NCBI GenBank assembly: GCA_964234715.1
Contig: OZ174282.1
Source: Podarcis melisellensis
Lineage: Eukaryota
Length of the DNA: 64,000 bases
Reading direction: 5' to 3' (one strand)
In this document: positions 24,276 to 36,637 of the stretch, in pieces
Position numbering within the stretch: the first letter of the stretch is position 1
Layout: every line of letters begins with the position of its first letter
Translations under genes and position numbers: made by a program
The notes under the pieces: generated by a model
What the model was told of the DNA's origin: nothing
What the model saw: the letters and a program-made list of their open reading frames with translations, nothing else
The model's database searches: none

Positions 24276-25178
24276 AACGAAACAAATTTCAGTGTGGACA
24301 AATGTAAGGTTCTTCTGCACTTAGGCAGGAACAACCAGATGCACAAATACAGGATGGGGGACACCTGGCGCGACAGAGTGCATATGAAAAGGATCTGGGA
24401 GTCTTAGTAGACCACAAGCTTAATAATAATAATAATAATAATAATAAATTTATTTATACCCCACCCTCCCCAGCCAGAGCTGGGCTCAGGGCGGCTAACA
24501 CCAGTAGAATTACAATAAAAACATAATGGGGGGGGCAATTTAAAATATGGGTTAAAATACAATTTAAAATGCAGCCTCATTTTAATAGTAGCCCATAGAT
24601 CAAAACCATAAGGGGAGAGAAACATAAGGGTCAAACTGAGTCCAAACCAAAGGCCAGGTGGAACAGCTCTGTCTTCCAGGCCCTAGAGTCCAGATCAAGG
24701 GAAGTAACAGTACCACTCTATTCTGCTTTGGTCACACCACACCTGGAGTTCTGTGTCCAGTTCTGGACACCACCATTTAAGAAGGATGTTGACAAGCTGG
24801 AACTTACAGTACGTGGAGGAAGGTGACCAAGATGATAAAGGAGAAGAGGAGACTGAGAGGTGACCTGATTTCCATTTTCCAATACTTGAAGGGCTGTCAC
24901 ATGAAAGACTGGGGAAGCTTGTTTTCGGCTGATCCAAACCAATGGTTTAAACTTACAAGAAAGAAGATTCTGGCGAAATATTCGGAAGAACTTCCTGACA
25001 GTAACAGCTGTTCGTCAGTGGAACAGACTCCCTAGGAAGGTGGCAGACTCTCCTTCATTGGAGGTTTTTAAGCAGAGGTTGGATGGCCATCTGTCAGGGA
25101 TTCTTTAGCTGTGATTCCAGCATTGCAGGGGGTTGGACTAGATGACCCTCGGGAGTCCCTTCCAACTCTATGAATCTT
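24276..25178 (+). mobile_element. CR1 LINE ORF2 and 3' UTR, interrupted by L2
   Basis: DKCKVL.LGRNN...EKDLGVLVD, then [27 protein letters not shown] and KRRLRGDLISIFQYLKG; CR1 3' UTR GGTTGGACTAGATGACC...CCCTTCCAACTCTATGA. Confidence 0.9.
24421..24684 (-). mobile_element. Young L2 LINE 3' end with (TTA)n tail
   Basis: Minus strand reads AGGGCCTGGAAGACAGAGCTGTTCCACCTGGCCTTT ([12 protein letters not shown]), a T-rich UTR, AGCCGCCCTGAG...GGGAGGGTGGGGTATAAATAAA and an (ATT)n tail. Confidence 0.8.
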
Positions 25179-25323
25179 TGAAATATTGATCAGATCAACC
25201 AAAAAGCTGTCTAAACACAAGGCAGCTTCCTATTTTCCTATGAGGCAATCCTGCCTGAAACCTTGGTGATCCATGGCCCGTCAGAGTAGACAATAGTGAG
25301 TTAGATATGCCAATGGCCTAACA

Positions 25324-25532
25324 CCGCATTGGCTTAAATATAAGCTTTACTTTTGCCCCAAATTCCAACCCCGAAAAGTGTGGCTTATATTCACAACCTT
25401 ATGGTACACAGCTGGGAGCGCAGGGAAGCGAGGAATGGAGTGGCTTATATTCGGGTATTTTTTCTCCCCCTCCCCTCCAGTTTTAAAGGTGTGGCTTATA
25501 TTCTGGTGCAGCTTATATTCAGGCCAATACAG
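25324..25532. mobile_element. Tc2-like Tc1/mariner MITE
   Basis: TIR CCGCATTGGCTTAAATATAAGC / GCTTATATTCAGGCCAATACAG-TA; four GCTTATATTC subterminal repeats. Confidence 0.75.
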
Positions 25533-27214
25533 TAATGTGTTCCAAGTATATTTCCAACCTGCTGTGGGAAATGGGTTCAAGAAGCGAAGCAAACAGAAAT
25601 CCCTGAGGTGTGGGACATTATTGGGTGGAAGGTGATAAACCTGCTCTTTTCTAAACAAATGCAGTTAATTGTATCCCAGTTTGTGCTTCTTCTTAATTTT
25701 TTTTAAAGGTCAAAGAGCAGGCGGGGAAGGGTGGAGGGAATGTCCCCTTTTATCTGTTACCAAAGCATCTTGTCCATTTTCATGTTGATCAAACATATGT
25801 GATCTGGTCACTCACTCCTTATTTGTTTGGGAACTGTGTGTACCATAGCTGAGTTTACATTTCATTATTCTTTGCAGCCTCTATGATTCAGAGCAATTCA
25901 CCTTGATATTTGTGTTGCAAAGTTCAATGGTTTATGAAGAATGGTTTGTGTCATCACTTTGAAATGGGGGTGGGGGTGGGGGGAGCGTGATGGAAGATGC
26001 AGCTCTACGAATGATTAGTAAATCCAGCCTGGCCTTTGCACTGCAGTTTGCTTAATATTGTGGTTTTATGTTTTTCCACAATTTGTTCAGAACTATTTGT
26101 CCTCTGGATTATTAATCTATAACTAAACATTGTCCTTGGTGTTCATCGAGTGGAAGAGGTTTGGAAGGCAACCAAATCTATTATCTCGCCTTTGAAATTG
26201 TGCGTCAAATTATTTTCACCCTTTGTTCAAAGCTTCTTGTTCCTTGTAAATTCCTCTGGAAACTTGATGTTGGATAAGGAAGGCCACTGGCCAATGCAAG
26301 AGGCCACAATCTTTTATGGGCTATCCAATCCAGACAGCAGCTAAGTGTGAGTTGTCTATTTTGTGGAAGCCAGTGGACAGCCAACCTATACACACACGCA
26401 CATCAGAAAGAAAACTTGTAAGAACTTGTATGTAAAAATGAGTGCCTGGGTTTGTTTGTTTCCTCATCCCTCCCAATCCCTTATCCTTTCAGGTCATGTT
26501 TCTTAGACTGTAAGCCTGAGCAGGATTGTCTCATTATTGATTACTGGGAGCTAACTTTCTGCTGAAGTGTGGGGTAAAAATACTTACTCTAGACTGGTTT
26601 CATTTAATTAATGCTATCAATTAATGCCATAAATAGTTTTTCTGTGAGGTATACACCAAAATGTCTCAGAAAAAGGGGATGACAGCAAGAGACTGATTCA
26701 TTTTTTAAAAATTTATATATTGCTTGATTGTAATAAAATAAAATAAAATAAAATAAAAATCTCAAACTGTGTTCCTTTCTGTGATCCTTGGGCAGTCTTA
26801 AAAAGTTTCAAGGATGTTATGAATCAAGCTATACACAATATATTGATGTTTAAGCATTGTATTGCCAAATGTGCCCTAATTTGTCACTCAGTCCATTCTC
26901 CTGCCCTCAAGTGAATGCAGCTGCAACAAACCCGTGCCTCACATTTGGTGATCTAATCTACTTTTAAAGTATATTTTTAAAAATAGCCGCTCCTGGAGGA
27001 GTTCTGTGGTTTGTTTAAACACAGGATACATGGCCAGGTGTTCTTTTCTTTAGAAAAAAAATAAAATGCTAATTAAAATATGCATCTAGGCAAGGAGAAT
27101 ATTAACCTAGTCAGGGTTTGGAAAACAACCAAAACATTTCATTGATGGACCATAAAACTCAGAGCCTTAATACTTTCCATGGTGGCCTTTCTAAATCTAC
27201 TTGCACAAAGCAGG

Positions 27215-27316
27215 GCTTTTAAGTCCCATTGATTTGAATGGGAGAGCAATAAGGCACACTGGACTTTCCCATTGACATTAATGGGACTTTCAAATGCTTA
27301 ACTTTGACCAGATTTT
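27215..27316. repeat. Old double-hairpin repeat (MITE relic)
   Basis: AAGTCCCATTGATTTGAATGGGAG...TTTCCCATTGACATTAATGGGACTT. Confidence 0.5.
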
Positions 27317-27961
27317 GTCAATGCTTGGCAAAGAGAGAACAATAAACAATAATATTTTTAAATTTCTTTTTTAAAATCCTAATTCTGAGGCAGGGCGGTG
27401 TAGGGATAGAATTCTGGCCTAGGCTGCGGAGATCTGGGTTCAAATCCTATTCTTAAGACCTGTGGGTTCCTATCATTTTGGTATAGCTACCCACGAGTCC
27501 ATTGCTGACCCATAAATTTATTATCACATGAATTTTTGAGCTTCTCTCTGCCACTAGAGAGCAGTTCCCAAGTGTTGAAATGTAAGGACTGAGCCTTTCT
27601 GACGTTTGGTTACAAACATTATAATACGTCAACCAAACAAAAAGTTGTAAGAGGTATTCATCTTTCCAGATAAGGATTATAAGTGATAGAACATTCCAGG
27701 ACAAAACAGAGACTGAACGTTCCATATATAGTTTGTTGACCTCCTTAGAGCAGAGGTAGTTGATGTAGCTTCCCCCAGATCATGGCAGTCAAATGCTTCA
27801 TACCACATGGGCTGCAGGAGTACTTTGACATGAAACCCACGGGCCACACACTGCCTTGCCGAGGTGGGGGTGGGGAGGCAAGGCCAAAATTTGGCACATC
27901 TTCCCCTCAGACCTCTCTGAGGCTTTGAGAAGGAGATGTGAGGCTCTGGGAGGTGCTAGAG

Positions 27962-28150
27962 CAGGCATGTCTGAAGTCCATTTTGGGGGCCTAATCCGCT
28001 GGCCCCTGTGGCAGTTTACTTCCTGGGGTGAAATCCTGAAATCCTAAAAAAAGCTCAATAACAAAAAAGGTTAACAACTTTGGTCGGCCCTTTGGTCAGC
28101 CTTCACTTCATCAAATCTGGCCCTCTTTGAAAAAAGTTTGGACACGCCTG
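27962..28150. mobile_element. hAT (Charlie-type) MITE nested in an older hAT element (about 27800-28371)
   Basis: TIR CAGGCATGTC...GACACGCCTG; TSD TGCTAGAG / TTCTAGAG (7/8 match, central TA typical of Charlie-type targets). Confidence 0.85.
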
Positions 28151-28899
28151 TTCTAGAGCATTCCCAATGCCTTCCCAAAGCTGGGAAAATGCTGAATAGG
28201 CTTTGGGAAGGAGGACTAGGCTTTGGTCCCTCATGCCTTCTTCCCAAAGCCCAGTGTCTCACTTACCCAGCTTTGGGAAGGCCGTGTGAGGGTTGGGAGC
28301 ATCAAAGGTTGCCACCAAAAAAGGCACTGATGGCCACATATGGCCCTAGGACCCCATGTTGGACCACCCTGCTCCAGATGTTATTGGACTACAACTCCTT
28401 GCACCTGTACATTAAAATATAATCCACCCCCCTTTAAGAAACCCCTAGCCCTGCTCTTCCCCCCAATTGTTTTGGGGACAGATCTGGTGCAGGTTGGCGA
28501 GTCAGCCTGATCTTGGGGTCTCATATCAGGGTCATAGGGTGGATAGGGGAAAGTCTATGACCAGCCCTAATTTCTACAGCAGATCCAGTGGTGACCGTCT
28601 CCAAAAAATAAACAACATTCTTCCTATATTTTGCACAGTCCAGTTTTTCTCAAAATTAACTGGTTTTAAGGGGAAGCTATAAGGAAAACCTTATACTGTA
28701 ACTTGGCTATAAGCTTAGCCAGCTATTGGCCTGGCTAAGATTTTTCTTTTTCTTTTTTTAATGGGTTAAAAGGCATGTTGATATATGGCAAACAACACAA
28801 TCCGAAATGTATCCGCTTGGAAGGTTTTATTCCCTGGTAGATGGTTCTAAGGCTGCAACCAAAATGTGCAGTTCCAAACATATCACACCAGACCTTGAA

Positions 28900-29960
28900 G
28901 TGAAATGGAAAATAAGCTTCGCAAGTGTGGCTTGTCGCCATGGCACACAAACACATAATTAATTTCCAAAGGCTTAATTAGCAATGGAACAAGTTAATAA
29001 AAATGGCAGCTCGTCATTTGCAGAAGGAAGTTTGCATAAGTTGCTGTTTAAGTTTTGTCGGACTTATAAGCCCACACGAAAGGCAGATAATTATAACGCC
29101 GTCCTCTTTCTCACCTACAAATTCCCACACATCAGCGCTCCAGAGAGACCCGTTTCCCCCCCTGCCCTGACCAAACTTCTGTTAACTCCACCTGTTTCCA
29201 GGGAATGCTTTGCCTCTTTGCGCTTGTTAAGTAAATGATTATCATAAGACTATGGAGACATGGTCAATCAAATTAACCCCTTTTGTCCTAGGCCCCAAAT
29301 AGTTCTCTTCATTTGCCTAAATTCAGCTCCTTTGGAGGCATTTATATGTATGTATTTCGCACCCCCACCCCTCCCTCTAAAGCTTTTGGATCTTGCCTCC
29401 TCCGGATTCATGCATTAGCAAACTGTAACCTGAGAGTGAGGGGCTTTAGAACAGCAGGGCTCCTGGGGGACCCAATTGTTTTGCTAATCAAGATTATTGC
29501 GGCCATTGAGCCTTGGAAGTATAGCCTAGCTGACAAAATTTGTCAGCTTCCCATGAAATAGTTCTGTCAGTTTAGTCAGGGTGCGGGGATAATATTAACA
29601 TATAAATGAAGTCCCTTCTGTTCCCCCCCACCAACTCACCCCTTAATGGATTCAGAGAAAATATAAACACACACACACACACCATCTCCTCTTGTATGCC
29701 AAAATCAAAGTTATTTTCCCACCTCTGAGCAAGTCCCTGGCAATTCTGTCAACGGGATGAAATGTTTAGTTCAGTGTATTTTAGTTAATGGGCTATGTTT
29801 CCGCTGTGACAACGAAGTGATATAATTAAATGCAAAAGCAGGGTAAAAATTAAACAATTTTAAAAATAAAAAGCCCCTATTATTCAATAAACATCTCAGG
29901 CACTTCAGGGACACAAACTGAGAAGGATCTTCACATCTGATGTAAAGAAATGTGGGTGGA
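28900..29960. promoter_or_regulatory. Putative conserved non-coding element cluster
   Basis: About 1 kb free of interspersed repeats; CATAATTAATTT, CTTAATTAG, GATAATTATAA, TGACAAAATTTGTCA palindrome, CTGTCA, X-box-like GTCGCCATGGCAC. Confidence 0.45.
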
Positions 29961-31749
29961 GATTTCATTTAAAACTCAAAAGTCACTTCCACATCCAACT
30001 GGTTCTTTGAAAGCATTGCCACTAGAAATCTGTCACCTTTATTCTTCCTCCCAAAAAGAAGTTTTTAAAATAATAAAAAGCAGGGGAAAGAACTGGGGGG
30101 GGGGACCTGTGATATTCTCTATTTTTAAAATCCTAAAGCAGCCAAACTGCCACTCCACCCAGCCACTCTGATAGCAAAAGGAGCCTTACTGCAACTGCAG
30201 ACTTGCTGAAGTGATGATTTGAAGGCTTGAAAGCTAAGGATCTGGAGACCAAGAGGGACAGAGCAACACAGATATTGAAGCTGCAAACGTCACTTTGATT
30301 TCTTGCAGGGTAGCAGCCTCTCCCTTCAAACTTCCCCACTTGTGTTTGAGTTTTCTCAGCCTCATAATGCATACTGAGGAACCCTATATGTGTGTGTGTG
30401 TTCTTCAATTGGACCTCCAACATAATATAGGTTACCCACCACTGACACCTATTTGGTTTTCTTCCATCACAGGAACTCTAGGGGTGCATTCAAATGTGGG
30501 GTGGAGCACCTTAGCTTTCCAGATTATAATGGTAGCACCTCAGTCTTCTAATTTTCCTTCCACACTGCAATACCTGCTGCATCGTGAAACGGTGTGTTTT
30601 GGAGAGATATCCGGCCGTTGAGCTAAATTTCATTGCACCAACAGGCGTGCTGTGACATAACAACAAACGTAATTGGACAACATCACTGCTCCCCCAGGTT
30701 TTCCAGACATGCGTGAATCCCACATGGAAACAGCAGGAAAGAACAGCATGCTGGTATAGCACTCAAAATTTCATCACTTTGCTCCCACAATTTTCTAGGT
30801 TAAGGAGACTGCAAATGGATTTCTTTTTTTCTGGATTCCAACAACACAGAAATGAGGTCTAAATACGCACTGTGTTCCATTGGTTTTCCGGAAGTGGCTT
30901 TTACATCGTGTGAAAGCTCAAATCTAATACAGAAGTTAACAGTCAAGGAAACATCCGGGGAAAGGAAAGCACTGCCATGTGATTGCAACCTTGGGAAAAC
31001 TGGCTCCCCCCTCCCCAAAAGACAGCTGGGATTTCTTTTCTTTTTTTTAAGGAATCATATAGCCCCAATTCAGATTCATACCCCCTTTTCATCCCAAGCA
31101 ACTCGCCTGAGAGGTTCTCTCTCTTCATCTTCATCTTTTATTTATTTCCCCCCTCCTTCTCTCTCTCCCAGGTTGGGCGAACTTGCGATTTTTGTAATCT
31201 TCCGCTTCGGCAATATTGTCCGTTTGATACTAAATTAGCCCTTGAATGGCAGCAGTGGGGCTGCTTTGTGTAGCGAGTGTATGCATCAGAGGTGACTCTG
31301 ATGGGGAGTTCAATAGGCTTTGCAAAGCCCCGGGTTTAAATAGAAGGCATCCTTCAATCACCGTCCCGTCTTGCTACTGGAGGCACAATCAGATTATTCC
31401 TTTGTGCCCATCTGCAACAAATGCTCCGAAACATGAATGAAAACTCAGGCTGTGTGTTCTCCTGGTGGATTACATCAGACTTTGTGTCCGTTGGGCTAAC
31501 ATGAAGAAATGCACTTAATGGCTAGAATATTGGCCACCAATGAGATTACTACCAAAAAAAAGCGGGGGGGGGGGAATCTATCCTTTGGAAACTGCTGCTG
31601 TTGAGCAAATGGATCAGGCAGCAGCAAACCTGTTCAGGCCTGCTCTGCAGAGTTCTCATAGTGAAGGGTTCAAGGTGTACAGAATGAGTTCTACCACTAA
31701 GAATGGGAATGAGACACAACCCAAGCACTTAACAATGCAGTCCTATGGA

Positions 31750-31863
31750 AGTTTGCTGTATTGTTTTTAACACTCGATTGGGAGCCGCTCAGAGTGGCTG
31801 GGGAAACTCAGCCAGATGGGTGGGGTATAAATAATAAATTATTATTATTATAAATTATTATTA
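31750..31863 (+). mobile_element. L2 3' terminus with (TTA)n tail
   Basis: GGGAGCCGCTCAGAGTGGCTGGGGAAACTCAGCCAGATGGGTGGGGTATAAATAATAAATTATTATT. Confidence 0.75.
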
Positions 31864-32199
31864 CTTGGTGTAAGTTCCCCAATGGGGCTTATGACCAGGA
31901 TAAGGGCACAGCCTGAGATGGAAAATCCACACAGTGCCTTTTTACCATCAGAGGGCCAAACTAGATGATATGTTAGCTTCCTATCTACACCCTTAAGTGC
32001 AAGTTTTGCTAGCTTATTTGTTTTTTGTATTTTATGTCATTTTGTATTTTTCTGTGGTCAACACCCTGACCACCAGCTGTTTCTTGGGGTTCAAAATGCA
32101 CAAGTCACTTGACCTCATTGTGACATCAGGTGACTGACAGGTGGGCAGGGGTACCGGTAGTGGGTGGCAAACTGAATCCAACCTGCCACCCGGATCCAG

Positions 32200-32460
32200 T
32201 GTCCCACCCTTGATATCGCCAGAACTCCTCCGCAAAGTGAAAGTGTTGGCACCACCAAGGTTCTCATGTGGTCAGAAGTCAGGCTCTGGTTCCAACCGTG
32301 GGCAGGGATGTGACTTTCTATTTGCTGAGCGCTGCTCAGATTACTCTTGCCTGCAACTGGGAGGGGTGGGGGTTCGAGCTTGGCTGATTAAGGTTTGGGA
32401 TGCAGCCACTAAGATGGAAGTGGCTAATCTGATCCGGGTAAGAGAGGGTAGACAAAGACA
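32200..32460 (+). pseudogene. Possible ERV-L (class III) gag relic
   Basis: ORF 32141-32482 contains RKVKV...DF.FAE...Q.GG.GVRAWLIKVWD, resembling the ERV-L gag pattern R.YT..EL....F.Q.PGE...WLLR.WD. This is recalled similarity only. Confidence 0.4.
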
Positions 32461-32520
32461 CAACTATTTTGGCAGAAAGTGAAATTTTCTACATTATGTT
32501 TTGGTACCATAAGTTGAATC

Positions 32521-32657
32521 CAGGCATCCCCGAAACTCGGCCGTCCAGATGTTCTGGGACTACAACTCCCATCATCCCTGACCACTGGTACTGTTAGCTA
32601 GGGGTGATGGGAGTTGTAGTCCCAAAACATCTGGAGGGCCGAGTTTGGGGATGCCTG
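32521..32657. mobile_element. hAT MITE (palindromic)
   Basis: TIR CAGGCATCCCC(G)AAACTCGGCC; TSD GTTGAATC / GTTTAATC (7/8 match). Confidence 0.9.
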
Positions 32658-34208
32658 GTTTAATCCATATACTTTGAGCTGCTTTCTCATTTTCACTTCA
32701 TTTTTCTGTAACAAATTCCATTGTCTCTGGTTTCTGCCTTATTCTGTTTCTGTGTGACTGAAAAGATACAATAAAATGCTCCCCCCCAAATCAGAATCTG
32801 GGCTTTGTGAGTGGCTCCCAATGCCTCTCCCTCTCTTTCCATTTCTCTCTCCACCTACCCTCACACCCACTCCTTGCAAGCTGGTTCTGGTCTGCTTGCT
32901 TCCTTCCCTCTCGGTCTCACAGTTTTTTCTGCTCACTGTGCCCTCCCCTTTCCCACTCTCTGGCATTTTTTTCCTTTGGGATGGTCCCATGGCTTGGACT
33001 TTGCCCTGTGGCCAGTTCTGTTTCCAGGTAGAGTAGGAGTTACCACACAGACCCATTTACTAGAAGCTACCCGGCTGCATGAGGATTGTTCATCTATGCA
33101 AATACCGAAACACGGTTTGGTGTAAGCAGGTTTCTAGAAGGAAGACTGCGGCAATGCAATCACGACAGAGTGAAATGACTGGGGCAGCAGCAGGTTTTAA
33201 ATATCCTTTATATTGCAGCAGTGCACCTGTTGCATCCTACTTTAGAGGTCCAGCAGGAAGACATATATCCCGTAGGTGAATAACATAGCTATCAGGCTCA
33301 ATGGTGACCAGGTGAGAACGGGGATGCACATCAGCTATTCCCTCAGCTGTCTCTTACAAGAGCCGCAAATCTCTGAATTCCCTTGGGAAGAGGCATTGAT
33401 CCAGATCCTGCATCCACACAGGTGGCAGTGGGGAGCATGACAATATTGCACAGACTGTAACATGGCATACACTTCAGCTGTCCCCGTCTTTTTCTCCCTG
33501 GAAATGCCTTCTTACTGGAGCTGCTGTTATTCTTTGGGATTGAACTCCTTCCCCAAGGAATCAATGCACCTTGTCACCTGTGCGCATAAACTTTGCAAAT
33601 AAGACTACTCAATTTAAAGAATATCCATTACTGTATTAAGCCCAAGTTAAGTGGTTTGTTGCAGCCTTTGTAATTTCCTGTTTTTATTTCAATACTGCAG
33701 TATTTTGTTGTTGTTGCGGGGGACAGTTGAGGGGTAGTACGGCCCCTTTTCTAAAAGAAAAAGGAAAAGAAAAGAAAATAGTTTCTTTCCAAACATGGGC
33801 TGGATGAGCATTCATAATGGAATCAGCATAGTTTTTCCACTGGGCCTGTTTTGACTTCAAAAGGCTGAACCTATCTTTAGCCCCAGTGCAGTGAATGACC
33901 ACTTACGTGAGTGATGCCTTATTAATACGATGACTCAGCCACTTCCCGATAAGGAGAACAATGAAGGGTCAAAGCTTCAGCATCCCTTACAGGAATTAAT
34001 GAGAACATGTTGCTGGTAATTTGGTCCATTGGAGATTACGCTGGAATTGAACGGCTCTTGTGTCAAGCTTAATACTCTGACCGACGTGCCCAAACTTAGC
34101 AATCCAGGTGCTGAGGGCAGAATTAGGTATGATGCCAGATGCCAGGGTTTACTTCTGAAACGGCAACTCTGCAACCAAGTGGGTCTTTTCTCCTTGTAAG
34201 GTTTAGCT

Positions 34209-34344
34209 CAGAGATGGGGAACCTTTGACCAAATGTTGCTGGACTCCCAATGCCAATCAGCTCCAGCCATGATGACCTATGGTCAGGGACAACGAGAGCT
34301 ATAGCAAAACATCATCTGGGGGAGTGAGAGGCTCCCCATCCATG
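34209..34344. mobile_element. hAT MITE, older
   Basis: CAGAGATGGGGA...TCCCCATCCATG with perfect 8-bp TSD GTTTAGCT. Confidence 0.8.
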
Positions 34345-36036
34345 GTTTAGCTCCTGAAATTGGTGGTGTCTCTGAGGGCATTCCAACCGTCTTCCTCAAG
34401 AAGTACAGGGGGGCAAACAGAGCAAAACATACACATATCACATATATATGATGAAAACAGTTATCGTTAAAAACATACTCCCATCAAATGATTTCGGGGT
34501 TGCTAGGACCAGTATTCTTCAGCCGCCAGGTGCCCAGGTTAACAGGAATGTTTTCCAATTCCTCCTGAAAGTTAACAATGATGAAAAGGCACACTTCATG
34601 AAGGAGGACATTCTATAACCAGGGAACCACCACCGAAAAGGTCCTGTCACAAGTCAGTGGCAATGGAGCAGCCCCCGGTGTCAGCAGGTGTTACCTGCCA
34701 ATTGTAGGGTTTCATTGACCTTATATATTTGAAACAATGGCCAAAGGGTCTTTATTTCACATTGGGCCATTTAGGAAAAGTCTGTTCTCTTTCTCAATGA
34801 AACGGGGCAACTTTGGGCATGGTCACATGACCATTCCAGGAAATGTTAAAGGGAAGTGAAGAGCGGCAAGGTTTTCTAAGCATTGCTGCAAGCAGTTCCA
34901 AAGTTCTAAGAACAAAACACTTGCAGCAAGCAAGGAGCTCAGTTCCTCTGCCATTCCATTCTACTTCCCCCTCCTATGCAGTTGTCAATCCCCCGTCCCT
35001 TGTTCACTCAAGGTTCAGTGTCACTGAGTTATTATCTGTCTTTATTGTCTCTCACCCCCCTCCAGTTTCTTTTCTGAAATTTTTTTCTCTCTCATATTGG
35101 TACGTATCTCAGAGTTGCCCGCAAATTGTCCAACATTTCTCCTCTGCACATCCGTGATGTGGTCTTCACTGCATGTAAGGGCAAGCAATGGAAGACTTGA
35201 ATTGGTTCTAGTAAACAGATGTCTATCTGCACATAATTTAAATAAAGGAAGTCAATACCCATGATGAAATCCCAACCACAAGTGAAGGGGAAATGTGTGT
35301 TTAGGCCAAGAAGAAGTTCCTGTGAATTATGGCTTTTTATAATATACAGGATCAAACTGATAGGAATCCAATAGATTTTCAACAACTGAGCATCATCTGA
35401 TGCAATAAGATACAGATTTTCAATTAATAATCTCAATAAGGGCAACCTTTACTATTATGATTACACTGGGGGTGTGCATTTAAAGCATGAGGTGAACAGC
35501 TTCTACCTATTCCTTTGACATGCCAAGGTTAAATGTGCACCTAGCATTGAGGATCTTAAACACAATTCCTCATGCATTATACTTCCTCAAGGAACTAGCA
35601 CCATTATTTCACAGCACAGCAAATATAACGAAAGAGAGATCACCAAGTTAATGCTGGGCTCCGCTAGCAGCAGTGGAACGGCGCATGGCGCAGCTGATCA
35701 ACACAAGATGTGACATCCCATTCCATCCATTGCCAAAGCTAACCAATAATAAAACATTGACCACAAACCTTCTCTAGAACAGCTTGGAAATTAAAACCAG
35801 GTCTGGGAAAGAAAGGCTGTCGGAAACAAAACCGAAACAGAACTGACAGGCCTGAAGGGTTTCCCACACCACTAAGACTTCCTGTCCTTCAGAGGACATG
35901 GTGGCGGCAGAGGGCAATCCCTGATCTACGCAGTAGCACCCCCACCTTCATGGGTATACTACTGCATAGATGGTTAGCTACATGGAGGAGGAAGGGTGTG
36001 GCTAGGGAGGAGGAAGAGGTGATGCTTGGGGAGAGC

Positions 36037-36341
36037 CAGGGGTGGAGGAAGGGGGTGTGGTAGAGGTGGTTTGCCCGAGGTGTCACCAATGAGGGGGGTG
36101 ACAAAATGCCATGCGACACTTGCCGCGGGGCCTGCACTCCTGGGAGTGACGCGGTGGCTTGGGAGCCCGCCGCCTCCCCCTCAGCTGTAGGGCGGCTGAG
36201 TGGGAGGAGGCAGGCAGACTCCTTGGAGGCCCCACAGAGCATCCTGCCCCAGCTTGCCCCGCCCCGTGGGCTGCTGGCCCCATCCCTGGGCGCAGGGCAC
36301 ACGTGCTGCCCCAGGCACCCGATTGGCTTGCTCCGACACTG
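36037..36341. mobile_element. GC-rich hAT (Tip100-like) MITE
   Basis: Termini CAGGGGTGGAG...CTCCGACACTG; TSD GGGAGAGC / GGGAGAAT (6/8 match). Confidence 0.65.
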
Positions 36342-36384
36342 GGGAGAATGCTATCATTCCCACACACACCCAGCCATAAAGTAT

Positions 36385-36530
36385 GGATAGGTACATAGGG
36401 AACTAGGTGTTCCATTAGGTGTCAAGCCACACAGGGCTATATCGACCAAAGCCAACACCTTGAGTTTTAACCCAAAGCAAACTGGAAGCCAGTGCAGGTG
36501 AGAAAGGATCAGTGTGATGAGTTCACAATG
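36385..36530 (-). mobile_element. L2 ORF2 fragment
   Basis: ORF 36354-36602 contains ITLILSHLHWLPVCFGLKLKVL, matching the L2 ITP.L..LHWLP....FK motif. Confidence 0.75.
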
Positions 36531-36596
36531 CCTATTTTTGTCTGTCTGGTTATTTATAAGTCTCTTTGGGTTCTGGGGAAAGATAAAAGGGCTAAA

Positions 36597-36635
<39 letters not shown>
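36597..36635. repeat. (AATC)n microsatellite
   Basis: Perfect run. Confidence 0.95.

Positions 36636-36637
<2 letters not shown>

Noticed and set aside
36037-36341. CpG-island promoter
   Set aside because: It is bounded by TIR-like ends and a degenerate 8-bp TSD, so a GC-rich hAT MITE explains it.
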